DNA from: the human T2T-CHM13v2.0 reference genome, Homo sapiens
Reading direction: 5' to 3' (one strand)
Length of the DNA stretch: 64,000 bases
Assembly: GCF_009914755.1 (NCBI RefSeq)
Contig: NC_060940.1
Shown here piece by piece: positions 17,146-33,382 of this stretch. A model generated the notes under the pieces. It saw nothing but the letters and a program-made list of their open reading frames with translations. It did not search any database and was not told the origin of the DNA. Each line of letters starts with the position of its first letter. Position 1 is the stretch's first letter. The translations under genes were made by a program, and so were the position numbers.

Positions 17146-18219
17146 GTATACCGCTGGGCCGACCACTCAAGCACGGTGCTGCAGCGGCTGAACGAGCAGC
17201 GTCTCCGCGGGCTCTTCTGCGACGTCGTCCTGGTGGCCGATGAGCAGCGTGTGCCAGCCCATCGCAACCTGCTGGCCGTGTGCAGCGACTACTTCAACTC
17301 CATGTTCACCATCGGCATGCGGGAAGCTTTCCAGAAGGAGGTGGAGCTGATCGGCGCCTCCTACATTGGGCTCAAGGCCGTGGTGGACTTCCTGTACGGC
17401 GGGGAGCTGGTGCTGGATGGCGGCAACATTGACTACGTCCTGGAGACGGCTCACCTGCTGCAGATCTGGACGGTGGTAGACTTCTGCTGTGAGTACCTGG
17501 AGCAGGAGGTGAGCGAGGACAACTACCTGTACCTGCAGGAGCTGGCCTCCATCTACAGCCTCAAGCGGCTTGATGCCTTCATCGATGGCTTCATCCTGAA
17601 CCACTTCGGCACGCTGTCCTTTACGCCCGACTTCCTGCAGAACGTCTCCATGCAGAAGCTGTGTGTCTACCTGAGCAGCAGCGAGGTGCAGCGGGAGTGT
17701 GAGCACGACCTCTTGCAGGCCGCCCTGCAGTGGCTGACGCAGCAGCCCGAGCGCGAGGCCCACGCCCGCCAGGTGCTGGAGAACATCCACTTCCCGCTCA
17801 TCCCCAAGAACGACCTGCTGCACCGCGTCAAGCCGGCCGTGTGCTCGCTGCTGCCCAAGGAGGCCAACTGCGAGGGCTTCATCGAGGAGGCCGTGCGCTA
17901 CCACAACAACCTGGCGGCCCAGCCCGTCATGCAGACCAAGCGCACGGCGCTGCGCACCAACCAGGAGCGCCTGCTGTTTGTGGGCGGCGAGGTCTCCGAG
18001 CGGTGTCTGGAGCTCAGTGACGACACCTGCTACCTGGACGCCAAGAGCGAGCAGTGGGTCAAAGAGACGCCGCTGCCCGCCCGGCGGAGCCACCACTGTG
18101 TCGCGGTGCTGGGGGGCTTCATCTTCATCGCCGGCGGCAGCTTCTCACGGGACAACGGAGGGGATGCGGCCTCCAATCTTCTTTATAGGTATGACCCCCG
18201 CTGTAAACAGTGGATCAAG
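17146..18219 (+). CDS. KLHL36: KLHL36 exon 3: BTB/POZ, BACK and first Kelch repeats
   Basis: Acceptor ttttctgtccag|GTA; [48 protein letters not shown] (BTB signature)..[10 protein letters not shown]; donor AAG|gtgaga. Confidence 0.97.
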
Positions 18220-18489
18220 GTGAGATTAAAGCCAGATTATTTCTTTTCTCTTGAGGACTCTCTCGGTTTCCTTAACCTAGCCTTGACTTTCCTTACCTCT
18301 CTGGGGCCTTGACAACTATCCTGCTTCTGAATGAGGTGTGATGATAAAGTGACGAGCAGAATACCCCGGGGCCTACATCCTGGACAGGGAGAGGGAGAGC
18401 CGACCCACCCCTTCGAGGGGTCCGTCATCGTTCAGAGCAGCACTGCCTGGCGGGGCTTTCTGTGCAGATGGAAGGGTCTGTCTGTACTT

Positions 18490-18655
18490 CCTGATACGGT
18501 AGCCACAGCCGCATGTGGCGACTGAGCACTTGAAATGTGGCCAGTGCGACTGAAGAAGTCAATTTTCAATTTTATTTCACTTTAACCGATTGACGTGTAA
18601 GTGTATGTGGCCGCACGAGGCGTGGCTACCCTATTGGACAGTAGCATGGGTCTAG
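18490..18655. mobile_element. MER3-like hAT-Charlie MITE
   Basis: tagccac..catgtggc..tgagcacttgaaatgtggc..ctattggacag. Confidence 0.7.
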
Positions 18656-19279
18656 ATGTTTGATCCATGGTTCAACATCCCCAGGTCCTGGAGTCTCTGT
18701 GGGGCTCCTCTGGAAGCATTTTGGGAGATAGTTTAAGGAGACCACTAGTGCTCACGCCTGGCCCTTGGGCATGTATTGTGTCCTGATTCTGGGAAGAGCG
18801 TGGGCCTTGATGTCAGACCTGAGGTCTCATCCCAGCCTGGCTAAGTCATAGCTAGGAAATTTCAGATTCTTGTCCTCTCCACATTTTGGATTCCCCTTCT
18901 GGGAATACGTGGGGGACAGGGAGTGCAGTAGCTCATGTTGACTGGCAAGCCCCTGGCGTAGGGAAGGTGTCTCCTTTCTGCTGGGAGCGCTCTCCAGCCA
19001 CTCGGTCCCCGGGACAGTCCATCTCAGCCTCTATACTCACACCTCAGCGTCGCGCCCAGCTCAGTGCTGTTCTCAGCTCAAAACCCAGTCAGAATGGACT
19101 CCAGCTGACCTTTTGATTTTACTCTCAGAAATCTGAGACTGCCCTCCAAGGTCGAAGTGTCACCACTGGAAAGGGTCCCTGGCTTTGGAGCCTCCTCCCG
19201 AAGCCTGGCAGCAGTGGCAGCAGTGTGTTTGCCTTGGATTTGTTTAAAAAAAGAAAAAAAAAAGTTGGCTCTTCTACTT

Positions 19280-19575
19280 TTTGTGTGTGTGTGTGAGACA
19301 GAGTTGTTCTGTCACCCAAGCTGGAGTGCAGTGGCACGATCTCGGCTAATTGCAACCTCTGCCTCCCAGGTTCAAACAATTCTGGCGCCTCAACCTACTG
19401 AGTAGCTGGAATTACAGGCGCCTGCCACCACGCCCGGCTAATTTTTGTATTTTCAGTAGAGACGGGGTTTCACCATGTTGGCCAGGCTGGTCTCGAACTC
19501 CGTGACCTCAGGTAATCCACCCACCTTGGCTTCCCAAAGTGCCAGGATTACAGGCGTGAGCCACCGCGCCCAGCC
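19280..19575 (-). mobile_element. AluS
   Basis: Alu reverse complement. Confidence 0.92.
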
Positions 19576-20032
19576 TCTTCTGTTTAATTTCCTGTCGAAT
19601 GCCACGTCCTGCTCTGTTAACACGGAGTGGCAGAGCAGCACTAACTTTACAAATCTGATGTGGGGAGAGGAAAGATGAATTTTTATTTCATAAAGCCACT
19701 AGATCAGCAATTCTGACCCCTGTGACCACAGAGTTCCCATCCACGCGGCTGACGACATGACCAGACAAGTTCGGGGGTTCAGAGCATCTCCATCCCCCTT
19801 TTGGGGACTCAGAGCGTCTCCATCCCACTTTTGGGGATTCAGAGCATCTTGGTGAAACCTCGGGGGCTCAGAGCTCCCACCTGAAGAAGCCCTCTTTATT
19901 CAGGTGCAGTTCCCTTTCCCAAACATTCTCCGGGGTTGTGCATTCCGCAGACACATTTGGGAACCGCAGCGCCAGATGTTGATGCTGTCCCGGGTTCGGG
20001 GAAGGGAAGGTACAGGTATCTCAACTCCACAG

Positions 20033-20190
20033 GTGGCCTCCATGAACCAGCGCCGTGTGGATTTCTACCTTGCCTCCATCGAAGACATGCTGGTGGCCAT
20101 CGGCGGCCGGAATGAGAACGGAGCGCTCTCTTCAGTAGAGACGTACAGTCCCAAGACTGACTCCTGGTCCTATGTGGCCGGCTTGCCAAG
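20033..20190 (+). CDS. KLHL36: KLHL36 exon 4: Kelch repeat
   Basis: Acceptor ccacag|GTG; [33 protein letters not shown] (Kelch GG..Y..W motif); donor AG|gtgatc, phase 2. Confidence 0.95.
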
Positions 20191-20606
20191 GTGATCTGGG
20201 GCTTGGTGGAAGGTTCTCCAAATGGGATGTTTTTAAGGGACATAGTTCAGTCCACGTGCCTCACTTTCTGGGCATGTTGGCCTCCAATTCCAGGAATGAA
20301 ATCTTCCGGCTTGTCAGGAAGAGTGGGTACACCATGAGGGGTGGAGGGCGTGACGGTGCACAGTCCGGGCTCCGGTTTCAGACTTAGGGCAAGGGTCAGC
20401 TCTGCCGCCATGACGGACATCCCTCCATGGCTGAGTGTGTGCAGTTGCTGAGCTTCAGAGGGTGAGGCCTGACCTGAGGATCTCCCTGAGCTTGGGCAGG
20501 AGGAGTTCAAAGAGATGGGGGTATATGTGCTAGATCTAAGCCTCAAGCATGGGTCTTCACCCCGCTCGGCCTTTAGTTCCTCATCTGTAGAGGTAGACGA
20601 TAATGA

Positions 20607-21198
<592 letters not shown>

Positions 21199-21850
21199 TG
21201 ATCCTTTCTTATTCACTAAAGGCCCTGGTTTACATCAGGGTTCCCACTTCCTGGCACAGTTGTGTGGGTTTTGAGGAACACAAAGCAACATGAATCCACC
21301 ATTACAGCATCACGCAGAATCATTTCACTGCCCTAAAGCCCACTGTGTGCGTGCTGTCCATCCCTCCCTCCCCTCTCCCCACAGCCCTGGCAGCCACTGA
21401 TTTTGCTGTCTCTATGGTTTTAGGCAAAACTTTTCCCGAGTGCCAGCACAGTTAGAATTGGACTGTATGTCGTATTTCCTCTTTGATGTGTGATTCATCG
21501 GGTGCATGTGTGCCTGCTAGCTCATTGTTCTAGTCGTTTCCAGCCATTGTGAAAAGGGTGATGGTCCTGTGATTATTCCCATTTCCCAGATGGGGCAAGG
21601 GAGACTCAGAGAGAGTGAAGCTGGGTTCTGGCCCAGGCGGCCTGACTGCAAAGCTGTCCACTTCCCCGCCCTGCCCTGCCATTTCTTTGCTAATGACGGC
21701 TACTGTCTATAGAGTGTTCATGGGGTGCCCACTCCCTATATTCTTAAATCCTCATGGCCCTCTAAGACGGCAGGCTGTTCCCCGGCTCGGAGGGGGTAAG
21801 CCTGGCACAGCCCTGAGCTCTCCCTCTGTCTCTGCCCGTCGACCCTGCAG

Positions 21851-22406
21851 GTTCACGTACGGCCACGCGGGCACCATCTACAAAGACTTCGTGTACATCT
21901 CGGGGGGCCACGACTACCAAATTGGCCCCTACCGCAAGAACCTGCTATGCTACGACCACCGGACAGACGTGTGGGAGGAGCGGCGGCCCATGACCACGGC
22001 GCGCGGCTGGCACAGCATGTGCAGCCTGGGTGACAGCATCTACTCCATCGGGGGCAGCGATGACAACATCGAGTCCATGGAGCGCTTCGACGTGCTGGGC
22101 GTGGAGGCCTACAGCCCGCAGTGCAACCAGTGGACCCGCGTGGCGCCGCTGCTGCACGCCAACAGCGAGTCGGGCGTGGCAGTGTGGGAGGGCCGCATCT
22201 ACATCCTGGGCGGCTACAGCTGGGAGAACACTGCCTTCTCCAAGACCGTGCAGGTGTACGACCGCGAGGCCGACAAGTGGAGCAGGGGCGTCGACCTGCC
22301 CAAGGCCATCGCTGGCGGGTCCGCCTGTGTCTGCGCCCTGGAGCCACGGCCAGAGGACAAGAAGAAGAAAGGCAAAGGCAAGAGGCACCAGGACCGGGGC
22401 CAGTGA
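21851..22406 (+). CDS. KLHL36: KLHL36 exon 5 coding part: Kelch repeats and basic C-terminus
   Basis: Acceptor ccctgcag|G phase 2; FTYGHAG..ISGG..YSIGG..YILGG..W Kelch motifs; stop TGA ending 22406; total CDS 1851 nt = 616 aa. Confidence 0.97.
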
Positions 22407-25098
22407 CCCTAGCTGCGCCTCTTGGGACCATCCTCACCGTCACCTCCCAGGGCTCTGTAGACCAGCAGCAACTTCTTAGTATTCCGGAAACATTATGTAC
22501 AACTTAGCAGCTTTTTTTACTTTTATGATTCTTGGTATTTCTATGATATCACAGTAACCAATTAAATACTATCTGTAACTTTACATATCTTGCTTGAATA
22601 ACTAACCCTGGGCCCAGGCAGTGAGCAACCCCTTGTATCTTCACAGGTCTTTGCCCTGTGTTATGATTCCTCATGGGTCCTTGCTGACTGTCCCCCTGAG
22701 AGTAGCTGGCACGTGGGTAACACAGAAATTTCTGTAGTGAAGCTTGGGCCTCAAAGGGTTCTCTTAGGCCACCTAGTCCAAGCCTCCCCAAACCTGGCTG
22801 AACTTTTAAGAATACAGATGCGTGAGCCCCGCTCAGAATTATGGAATCCAAAACCACCAGGAACGGGGAGGAGGTGGTGCCCAGAAGCTGTATTTTAACT
22901 AGTTCTTGGAATTCTGGGTATTAGTCACATCTGGGAATCACTGGCAAGGTCCAGTGTGTTTGTTTTATAAATGAGTGCACAGAGACCACCCATGAGGGTG
23001 AGTGAGTGAGTGACCAGGGGCCACGCAGCTCGCTAGACTGTCAGATGAGACGTGATGACTTCCCGCTGGGGAGCTGTTCTCCGTATCAGGTGAACGCTGT
23101 TTCTGAATAATTCCGTCTTTCCTCATTGGAAACCTTCTTGAATTCTAAAACGTTACAGGTAACCAAAAACGAAAAAAGGTATGAAGCTCTTTATACATAT
23201 TTTTTTGTAATTTGTGCATTTTTTTCCTTTTTTTTTTTTCTGAACCCACTGTCTTTTATATTACTGATGTACTGAGCTCCCAAATCTGTTTATTTCTCAG
23301 GAAAGAAAAAGTGAGTGCTATGGAATTTGCCATCGTTCTCTGTGACTCTATCTTGAGGCGCTGTTGAAAGTTCCTGCACAGAGGAGCACATGTGGATCCC
23401 TGAGAAGGCAGTGGAGGGCTCCCTAACTCCCACGCCAGGTCCTGCCCCAGTTTTCTGCTTCTAAGTAGTTTCGTGCTGCTGGGCAAATTCTCGAACAAGT
23501 CCGTGTGTTCCCTCATCCACCCCGCTTAGCCACAGGATTAGATGGAATACCCTCCAGGCTCCTCCCGGGTGATAGGGCCATTCAGCCTCTGAGCTGTTCG
23601 TACCCGGATGGCATCCCCTTCAGGATGTGGAGCTGGCCTGCACTGACTCCTGCAAACAGTTCCTAAAGCAGGTGTCAGGGTCGCTTGCCCTTTAAGAGGG
23701 CTCTTAGCTGCCCGAGTGGATGAGAAACGTGCAGAACTATGGGAGGATAGGAGTGTGATGGGTTTTAAGCATGAGCCAAGGAAGGCATGAATGAGCTGTA
23801 CCTCACCCAGCATCCGATGGCAGAGATCAGTAAACTTCAAGATGTGCTTCATCTTCAATCCTAGTCTAACACCAGTCTTCCTGCAGACAGTTCCGAGAGC
23901 AGGTCTCGATGTCACTTGCCCTTTAAGAGGGCTCTCAGCTGCTCGAGTGGATGAGGATCAATGTGTTAAGATTGATATTAGACTAGGAAAAAAATCTTAG
24001 TTAACTTTAATTTCCATTTCTTCTGCTTCTTTGCTGCCCCTCCTTTCCCTTCCCTTCAGGGTTTACTGTGGTTCTCACTGGTCTGTTTATGTAGCCATCC
24101 AGAAGAGATGAGAGCATTTTGGGGACTGAAAGCTTCAATAGCCAACTTACTGCCCTCTGTGGTTAGTGAGGAGGGCAGTCTGCATGTTCAGCTAGCTAGT
24201 TATTTGCATGTGAAGTCCCTGGAGGCTTACAAACTGTTGAGAGGTTCTGCGAGGCATACAAACAAACAGACCAAAAGGCTGGAAACTCTGCTTGGAGCTC
24301 TGCAGCATTCCGGTGTATGAAAGGTTCCGAGAAGTCTCAACCCAGCATTTCCAAACTTCTTTGAGCCTAAAACTCGTTTGTCTCATACCTAGTCCCAGAC
24401 CCCCACAAAACATGTTTTGCAGAACTTCTGCCAACTTTGGGATAGCTTACCCCCTTCCTATTCGGGAAAGGTTTTATTGCTTGTAGACCCCTCAGAAGGC
24501 AGGGTAGGGTGTACGTGGGCTGTTCTCCCCATCTCAGCCTGGGTCATGAACAAACGGGCAGTTGTTTGGCCTGAATCTCGGGGCAAGTTGGGGAGAGCAC
24601 ATAGAAAGACTCTGTGAGTGATTTGGGGAGTGGGATAGCTTTGACCTTGGAGAGAGGAGAGCCATTGGTTTTCAGCCTAAGCCAGCTCTTTTATGTTTTG
24701 CTTCTGGGACTTGTCCCTGGAAATGTGTGAGCTTCTGGCCTCTATTCTGATTTTCTTGTGCCTCATGAGTTACATACGACGTCCTGCGCTTCATATTTTG
24801 TGGTGTCTCTCCTGATACTATGAAGGTGGTTTGTAATTGACATGGCTTTGACCCTAATATTACTAAGGTTGGGACCACCCTTTTAAAGGGAGGATAAACA
24901 AGTTTCATCTTGTGGGTCAACTTCTAATATTTGATGGTGGCTACACTGTGACAAGAAAGGTTTTTGAGCTTGTTGGGGTCAGTGGATGGGCACAAGGGCA
25001 CCCAGTGGTGGTGCCCGGGCCAGGTTTTTGTTACTTGTCTTTTTAAGTTGAAAATTCACCCTACTGTGCATGAAAATGGAACTGAAAATGGAAGAGAC

Positions 25099-25321
<223 letters not shown>

Positions 25322-27026
25322 TCAGATGGGCAGAGTTTGGGCTGTGCTTATGCAGTGGCCATTTGAACCGCACAGTCACGAATGTGGGGTTTTAAACTAG
25401 AGTGATGAAGGCACAGGTGCTTGCAGGCTGCCATTTTGAGAGGGAAACAGCCACACATGTCATCATGTTAAACTTTCAGTGTTTCAAGCTATTCTGCTTG
25501 AATTTTGAAGACACCTGGATCTTTTTTTTTTTTTTAACATTTCAAAATAAGCATGGCAGGCTTCTATTGAGGTTTGGACTTCTCTCATTTCTAAAGAATT
25601 AGAGTTGTAACTTCATATTAGTTGTAAGTTTGGGGTTTGGTCCTCACCCAAGTTGGAAAGCTGTTTGCTTAAGACATAGATGTATTATAATAATAGAAGG
25701 GAGGGAGTAGAAAGCTGATGAACCCTTGTTACTTATAGCAAACTTCCTGCTGTTTTAAATGCACAGAGATTATTTTATCAACTGTGGTTAGCACGCAATT
25801 GGTATTTTTATTGTTCTGCCATTTTATTGAGGCTATCAAGTGGGACTTCAGACCTGGCTCTGAGCAGGACCACACGTGTGTATTTATATTGAGTGCCCTC
25901 ACTCATGATAAGGTGACTTCATGGAGACCCAGAAACTCACCCTAAGGGGTGTTCACCTTTGAGGTGGGCATCCAGATGCTGAGGGGAAGTGGGGTCCATC
26001 CTCTGAGGTCCAGGGGCCTACTTTGTGAGCTCAGTTGTGTTCACCTGTGGTTCAGTGTACCTCGGCCCCTAAGCCAAGTGATCGTTCAGTGACTTGCAGC
26101 AATGTGGGAAGTGAGGGGACCCCTGCCACACCCCCCACCACCCCCTGTAGAGTCACTGACCTTCATCCTTCACCCTGGTCCTCCATGGTGCAGCAGCATC
26201 TCATGGGCCTTGTGGCTGTCAGAGCCCGTGGTTGGAACCCCGTCCACTGGTCCCAAACCTGGAGGGGCAGCTGCAGATGAGGTTTAGACCTCCTGGTGTC
26301 TCCGTGGATTCTGAGTGCCCAGGAGGGGAGGGGAGGGGGTGGCATCCTGGCCTCTAGGATAAATGCCTGGAGTATAGGGCAGCGCCACGGGCACTTGGAG
26401 ACCCTGTCCTGCGCATCTGCCAAGCCTGGCAGTTTTTAGAGTTTTTTGAAATGTTTTGATACTTTTTGATACAATTTGCTAATAACTGTTTTGTAGAATG
26501 CCTGCCGGGGTTTTCCACCTCATCCCTTTCCTCCGGCCCCTTGATTTGTGCTGGACAACAAATGGCAGCACCAGGACCTCGCCTCATGTGGCTTTGTCTT
26601 GGATCTTGCCCTTCTCCATCGCTGATGTGATACAGCTCTAGAATTTCGTGAAGTTGCATGCAAAGTTGCATGCAGCCCGTGGGTATGACTGTCTCAGGCC
26701 CCCAGCTCATTTGCCAAGAGGAAACCTTAACCCCCCTGAGAGGGTCTGCGTTTCTTCTAGAGCTCCTACCTCAGTGGTGTGCACAGAGTTGGAGACACCT
26801 GAGGGCTGGTCCACGTCTCACCTTTGCCATACGGGTCATTTCTTGATCAAATATATGACTGGGGTCCTGGTTTACTCCCGCCCACCGTTTCTTTTAAAGT
26901 ATTCTTAACATGAAATCCACAAAAGCGGAAACAATGAACCATTCTTGCACTTTACAGAATCATTGTCCTTAGCTTTAGAGGTTGTTAATTTCTTGTTTTT
27001 AACATGAACAGAATGTGTGGTTCTGA

Positions 27027-27370
<344 letters not shown>

Positions 27371-29242
27371 TTGTCCTTTGGTTGCCTTAGTTACCAGAGT
27401 TGAATGAATGTACACATTTCGGTAGTGGGGGGGCAGAGCGGATAACCCCTTCCTTGTCTGTTTCCTTTGAGAAAGGACACTCCACCTTTTCAAAGGTACT
27501 TAAAGCCATCTTTACAGATTGCTTGTAATGTAAGGAAAGAGTCATGTCCTTTGGATTGATTGAGGTTAAATCATCAACCACTAGCCCCCTTTCAAAATCA
27601 GCGAGATATTTGATGATTAAGTGATTCATTGGGTATGTTCTGGCTACTGATGTTACTGAAATCTGCAATCGTGTATGTTTTTTAATTTGTTGCTTTTGTA
27701 TTTGTAATTTTATGACATTTCGAAGTTTCTGTGTCTTAACTCTTTTTAATTAATTTTCTGCACGTTGCTTTTTTCTCTTTGTTTTTAATTCCATACAGAG
27801 TATTCAATTCTTGAAACACATTAAAATAATTTGCTTGCTAGGGTATGGTTTATTTTATAATTACATTCCTAGTCTTGTGTGGTTATTGTAATGATGTCTG
27901 GTCCTAATTTCTCTGCCCGTATGAAAAAGAACCCCTTGCCTGTTGATCCTAAATATAATTTGGAAATTAACCAGACTTCCTTTTGGTGTTGTGGGGAGGC
28001 TGGGACATTTCAATTCTGCTTTCATTGTGTTTCTAATTACTGTATTTTGCCAGGAATTTCATTCAGTTCCTTGATTGCAGGGCTAAGTCCCCGTGACCTG
28101 AAATGAAACTATTTGCTTAAATGTGTGTCAACTGGGGTAATTTGATTAGAAAAGAAACACAGAAACCAAGGGAAACAGCTTATGACAAGCAGTGTGCTAT
28201 CTTTATCAGAAAAAATGCAATCACAATACTCTAAGAACCAGCTCTGTTTTCCTTCGGGCGCTCCCCTGCCTTGCTGGGGTTTTGCAAGGCCACCAGCAGA
28301 GAAGCCCAGGCACGGTTGTGCACCCTTTCCTTGTCCCTTCGGCAGGTCAGCATCGGGAGGGTTGGGGAGGGGTGTCTGCGCAGCCATCACACCTGATAAG
28401 GTGGTTAGAATTTGCCTCTGAGCCAGTGAGCCCCAAACGGGACCCGCTGCCCGGTGCCGACTTCCTCACCCGGGTTCTTTCGCATCCGCTTCAGAAGCAT
28501 CTCAGGTTAGGTTGATAGTCTCCCGATTTTCCAGGTGAAGAATCCAAAGCTCAGGTTAATTACCTTACCCCAACTGTATTGTCTTCCCCGCCCAGCCAGT
28601 CAGTCGTTGCCTTGGTTTGGGTTCTCTTCAACGCAGAACCTTAGACAAGGACTTGGACGCAGGTAGGGCAGAGAGGTGGTCCCCGGGAAGCCAGAATGCC
28701 ATGAAGAAGGAGAGAAGGCCCACGAGAAGGTGCTTTATTGCCGAGTAACCCCAAGCCACGGCTTCCAACAATATGATGGCGGACCACTCTGCAGGTTGAC
28801 TGGGCTTGGCTCAGAGGCTCTCCCCTGAGGCTCCTGCACGGTCACATGGTCATGGACAGGTAGTGGCTCTTGAAGGCGTGAGTGAGAACACACAGCTCCT
28901 CCAGCATCTCCCTCTCCCTTTCTTCTCTCTCCCTCTCTCCCTGCCTTCTCATTTCCCCTTCTCTTCCCCGCCCCCCCCCAGTCTCTTTCTCTCTCTCTCC
29001 TTGTTCACTTTGGTCTGGCTCTCTCTGGTCTCTTCACACGGCCTCACCTAGATTTCTTACATGGCAGCCAAAGGCTCCCAGAGCAAACGTCCCAGGTGTG
29101 ATGAGCAGAGGCCACGTGGCTTCTGCCAGAACCTCCTGGGAAGTCAGGGAGTCAGTTTGCTGCATTTCACCTCTTGAGGCCACCAGAAAACTCCCCCAGG
29201 TTGCTGGCCCTGCGAGAGGTGTCAGCCGTGTCCCGTCCCTGA

Positions 29243-30320
<1,078 letters not shown>

Positions 30321-30712
30321 CCCTCAGTGGAAGGAAGGTATGTTCCTAAGGCCACTGCCTCAGACGGCAGGGGTTTGATGTTGCTGGGCCCGCATGCTGT
30401 CGGTTGGAGAGGAGAGCATTTATGGGGCCTGCGCTGCTCAGTGAGGGCTGCTCCCAGAGGCCTTGGCGCACTTCAGCTCCTGGCTGCCGTGCACACACAG
30501 AGCCAACCAACAGCCAAGCAGGGCCTGAGTGGCCATGGGACGGAAGTGCAGTGTGTGATGGAGGGGACACCGTCAGCACGTGGCCACCCCGAGCCTGCAC
30601 TGGGTGCCCAGCGCCGCTGTGGCTAGAATCAGCAGAGGGCCAAGGACCTGCACTAGGACACCAGGGGTAGCTGCTCAGCAGGGGCAGATGTTAACCCAGG
30701 TCTGCCAGCTAA

Positions 30713-31015
<303 letters not shown>

Positions 31016-31545
31016 ATATTTTTTAACAACTCTAAAACAACCACCACCAGAGTCTCTGTATAGGGTTCAGAATTGTGTCCCCAAAGGCTCCACTACAATG
31101 CAAATGTGTGAGTGGAGAGGTTAACCAGGGAAGCCCTGGACTTCCACAAAACCATCGGCAGAGATTTCTGTTACCTCACCCAAAGGGAACAGAGAGGCAG
31201 TGGATACCGGACAGGGCGTCTTCGTGGGGTCAGGGGAGGGCGGAGGGAGGACCCGCACAGACCCCATCGTTGCTACCTGTTGGCTGAGGCCTGGGCCACT
31301 CTCTCAAGGACCTGCCCACAGCCTTAAATCAAGACCGATTAGAACTCATTTTCCCGCTGGAGCACGATAGTTCTGAATGAACTCTGCGTTCACTCTCAAC
31401 ACACGTACTCATCAAGCCTCCACTCTGTGCCAGACAGGCGCTGTACTAGATGCTGGGGATCGGGTGGTGGACAAAGAAGCAGGCTGCCTGCCCCCAGGGG
31501 CAGAAACAGACCAACAAGATACATAGGTCAGGTGGGGATAAGTGA

Positions 31546-31875
<330 letters not shown>

Positions 31876-32149
31876 TACATTGTATACTTTCAATGTATAC
31901 AAGTCAGTGGATTTTAGTACATTACTTTGTGAATCTCAAACTACAACTTTTTTTAAAAAGCTCTGCAGGGGAAGGATGTGCAGCAAGTTAGAGGAGCAAA
32001 GTGCTGAAAATGTGAGAAATGGGAGCTGGCGCATCACAGAAGGCTGTGAGCTCGGGAAGGAGGTGATCTGATTCGTTTTCAAAGGAGAGCTTCGGCAGCT
32101 GCTGGGTGTGTGTTTGTGTGTGTCCAAGTCTATGAATTTTAACAAATAA

Positions 32150-32600
32150 CCAATTATTCACAAAAATCAAAGCCCATTAATGGATGCATGGATAAACACA
32201 ATCTGGTCTGTCCCTGCAACGGACTATTATCCAGTCCGTAATACAGAATTAAATTCTGATCCACGCTACAACATGGATGAACCTTGGAAACGTGATGCTG
32301 AGTGAAAGAAGCCAGACACAAAAGGCCACATGTTGTATGATTCCATTTCTGTGAAATGTCCAGAATTCGTCAGAATAGGCAAATTCATAGAGACAAAGTA
32401 GATTCGTGGATGCTTAGGGCTGGGGTGGGGACGAGGAAGGATGGGGAGCAACAGCTCAAGGGCACGGTATTTATCTTTGTGGTGATGAAAATGTTCTAAA
32501 ACTGGGTGATGGTCGCACGCATCTGTGACTGTACAAAAAATGGAATCGTACACTTTGAATGGGTGAAATGTATGGTATGTGAATGATATCTCAAGTTGTT
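32150..32600 (+). mobile_element. L1M (L1MB-like) 3' fragment
   Basis: acatggatgaaccttggaaac..gtgaaagaagccagacacaaaaggccaca..aataggcaaattcatagagac. Confidence 0.85.
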
Positions 32601-32776
32601 TAAAATATTAGAGCAATATTTCCCTCCATTCTCGGAGTTCTGTGTATTGGTCTCCTAGACAGTACAGGTTGAGAGGCAGAATTCAACCTCCCTGCTTAGA
32701 TTCTAAAACGGGTTAAAACGGTGAGACTAGAGGCAACATTCATCTCAAGTCTGCGTGAGAGCAGAGCTCAGGGCAT

Positions 32777-32790
32777 CCTCCAGGGGGCGC
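32777..32790 (+). promoter_or_regulatory. Candidate CTCF site
   Basis: CCTCCAGGGGGCGC matches the CTCF core consensus. Confidence 0.55.
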
Positions 32791-32796
32791 GCTAGA

Positions 32797-33382
<586 letters not shown>

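Noticed and set aside
17167-18096. 309-aa antisense ORF
   Set aside because: Shadow of the GC3-rich KLHL36 codon usage
18220-18312. ORF read-through into intron 3 with hydrophobic tail
   Set aside because: Good donor at 18219/18220 and no adjacent poly(A) signal; chance extension
21615-21850. 79-aa N-terminal extension of the exon 5 ORF
   Set aside because: Intronic; Kelch similarity begins only at the 21851 acceptor
23687-23701. Hairpin resembling the histone 3' stem-loop
   Set aside because: 5-bp stem with 5-nt loop and wrong flanks; the histone element needs a 6-bp stem, 4-nt loop and downstream element
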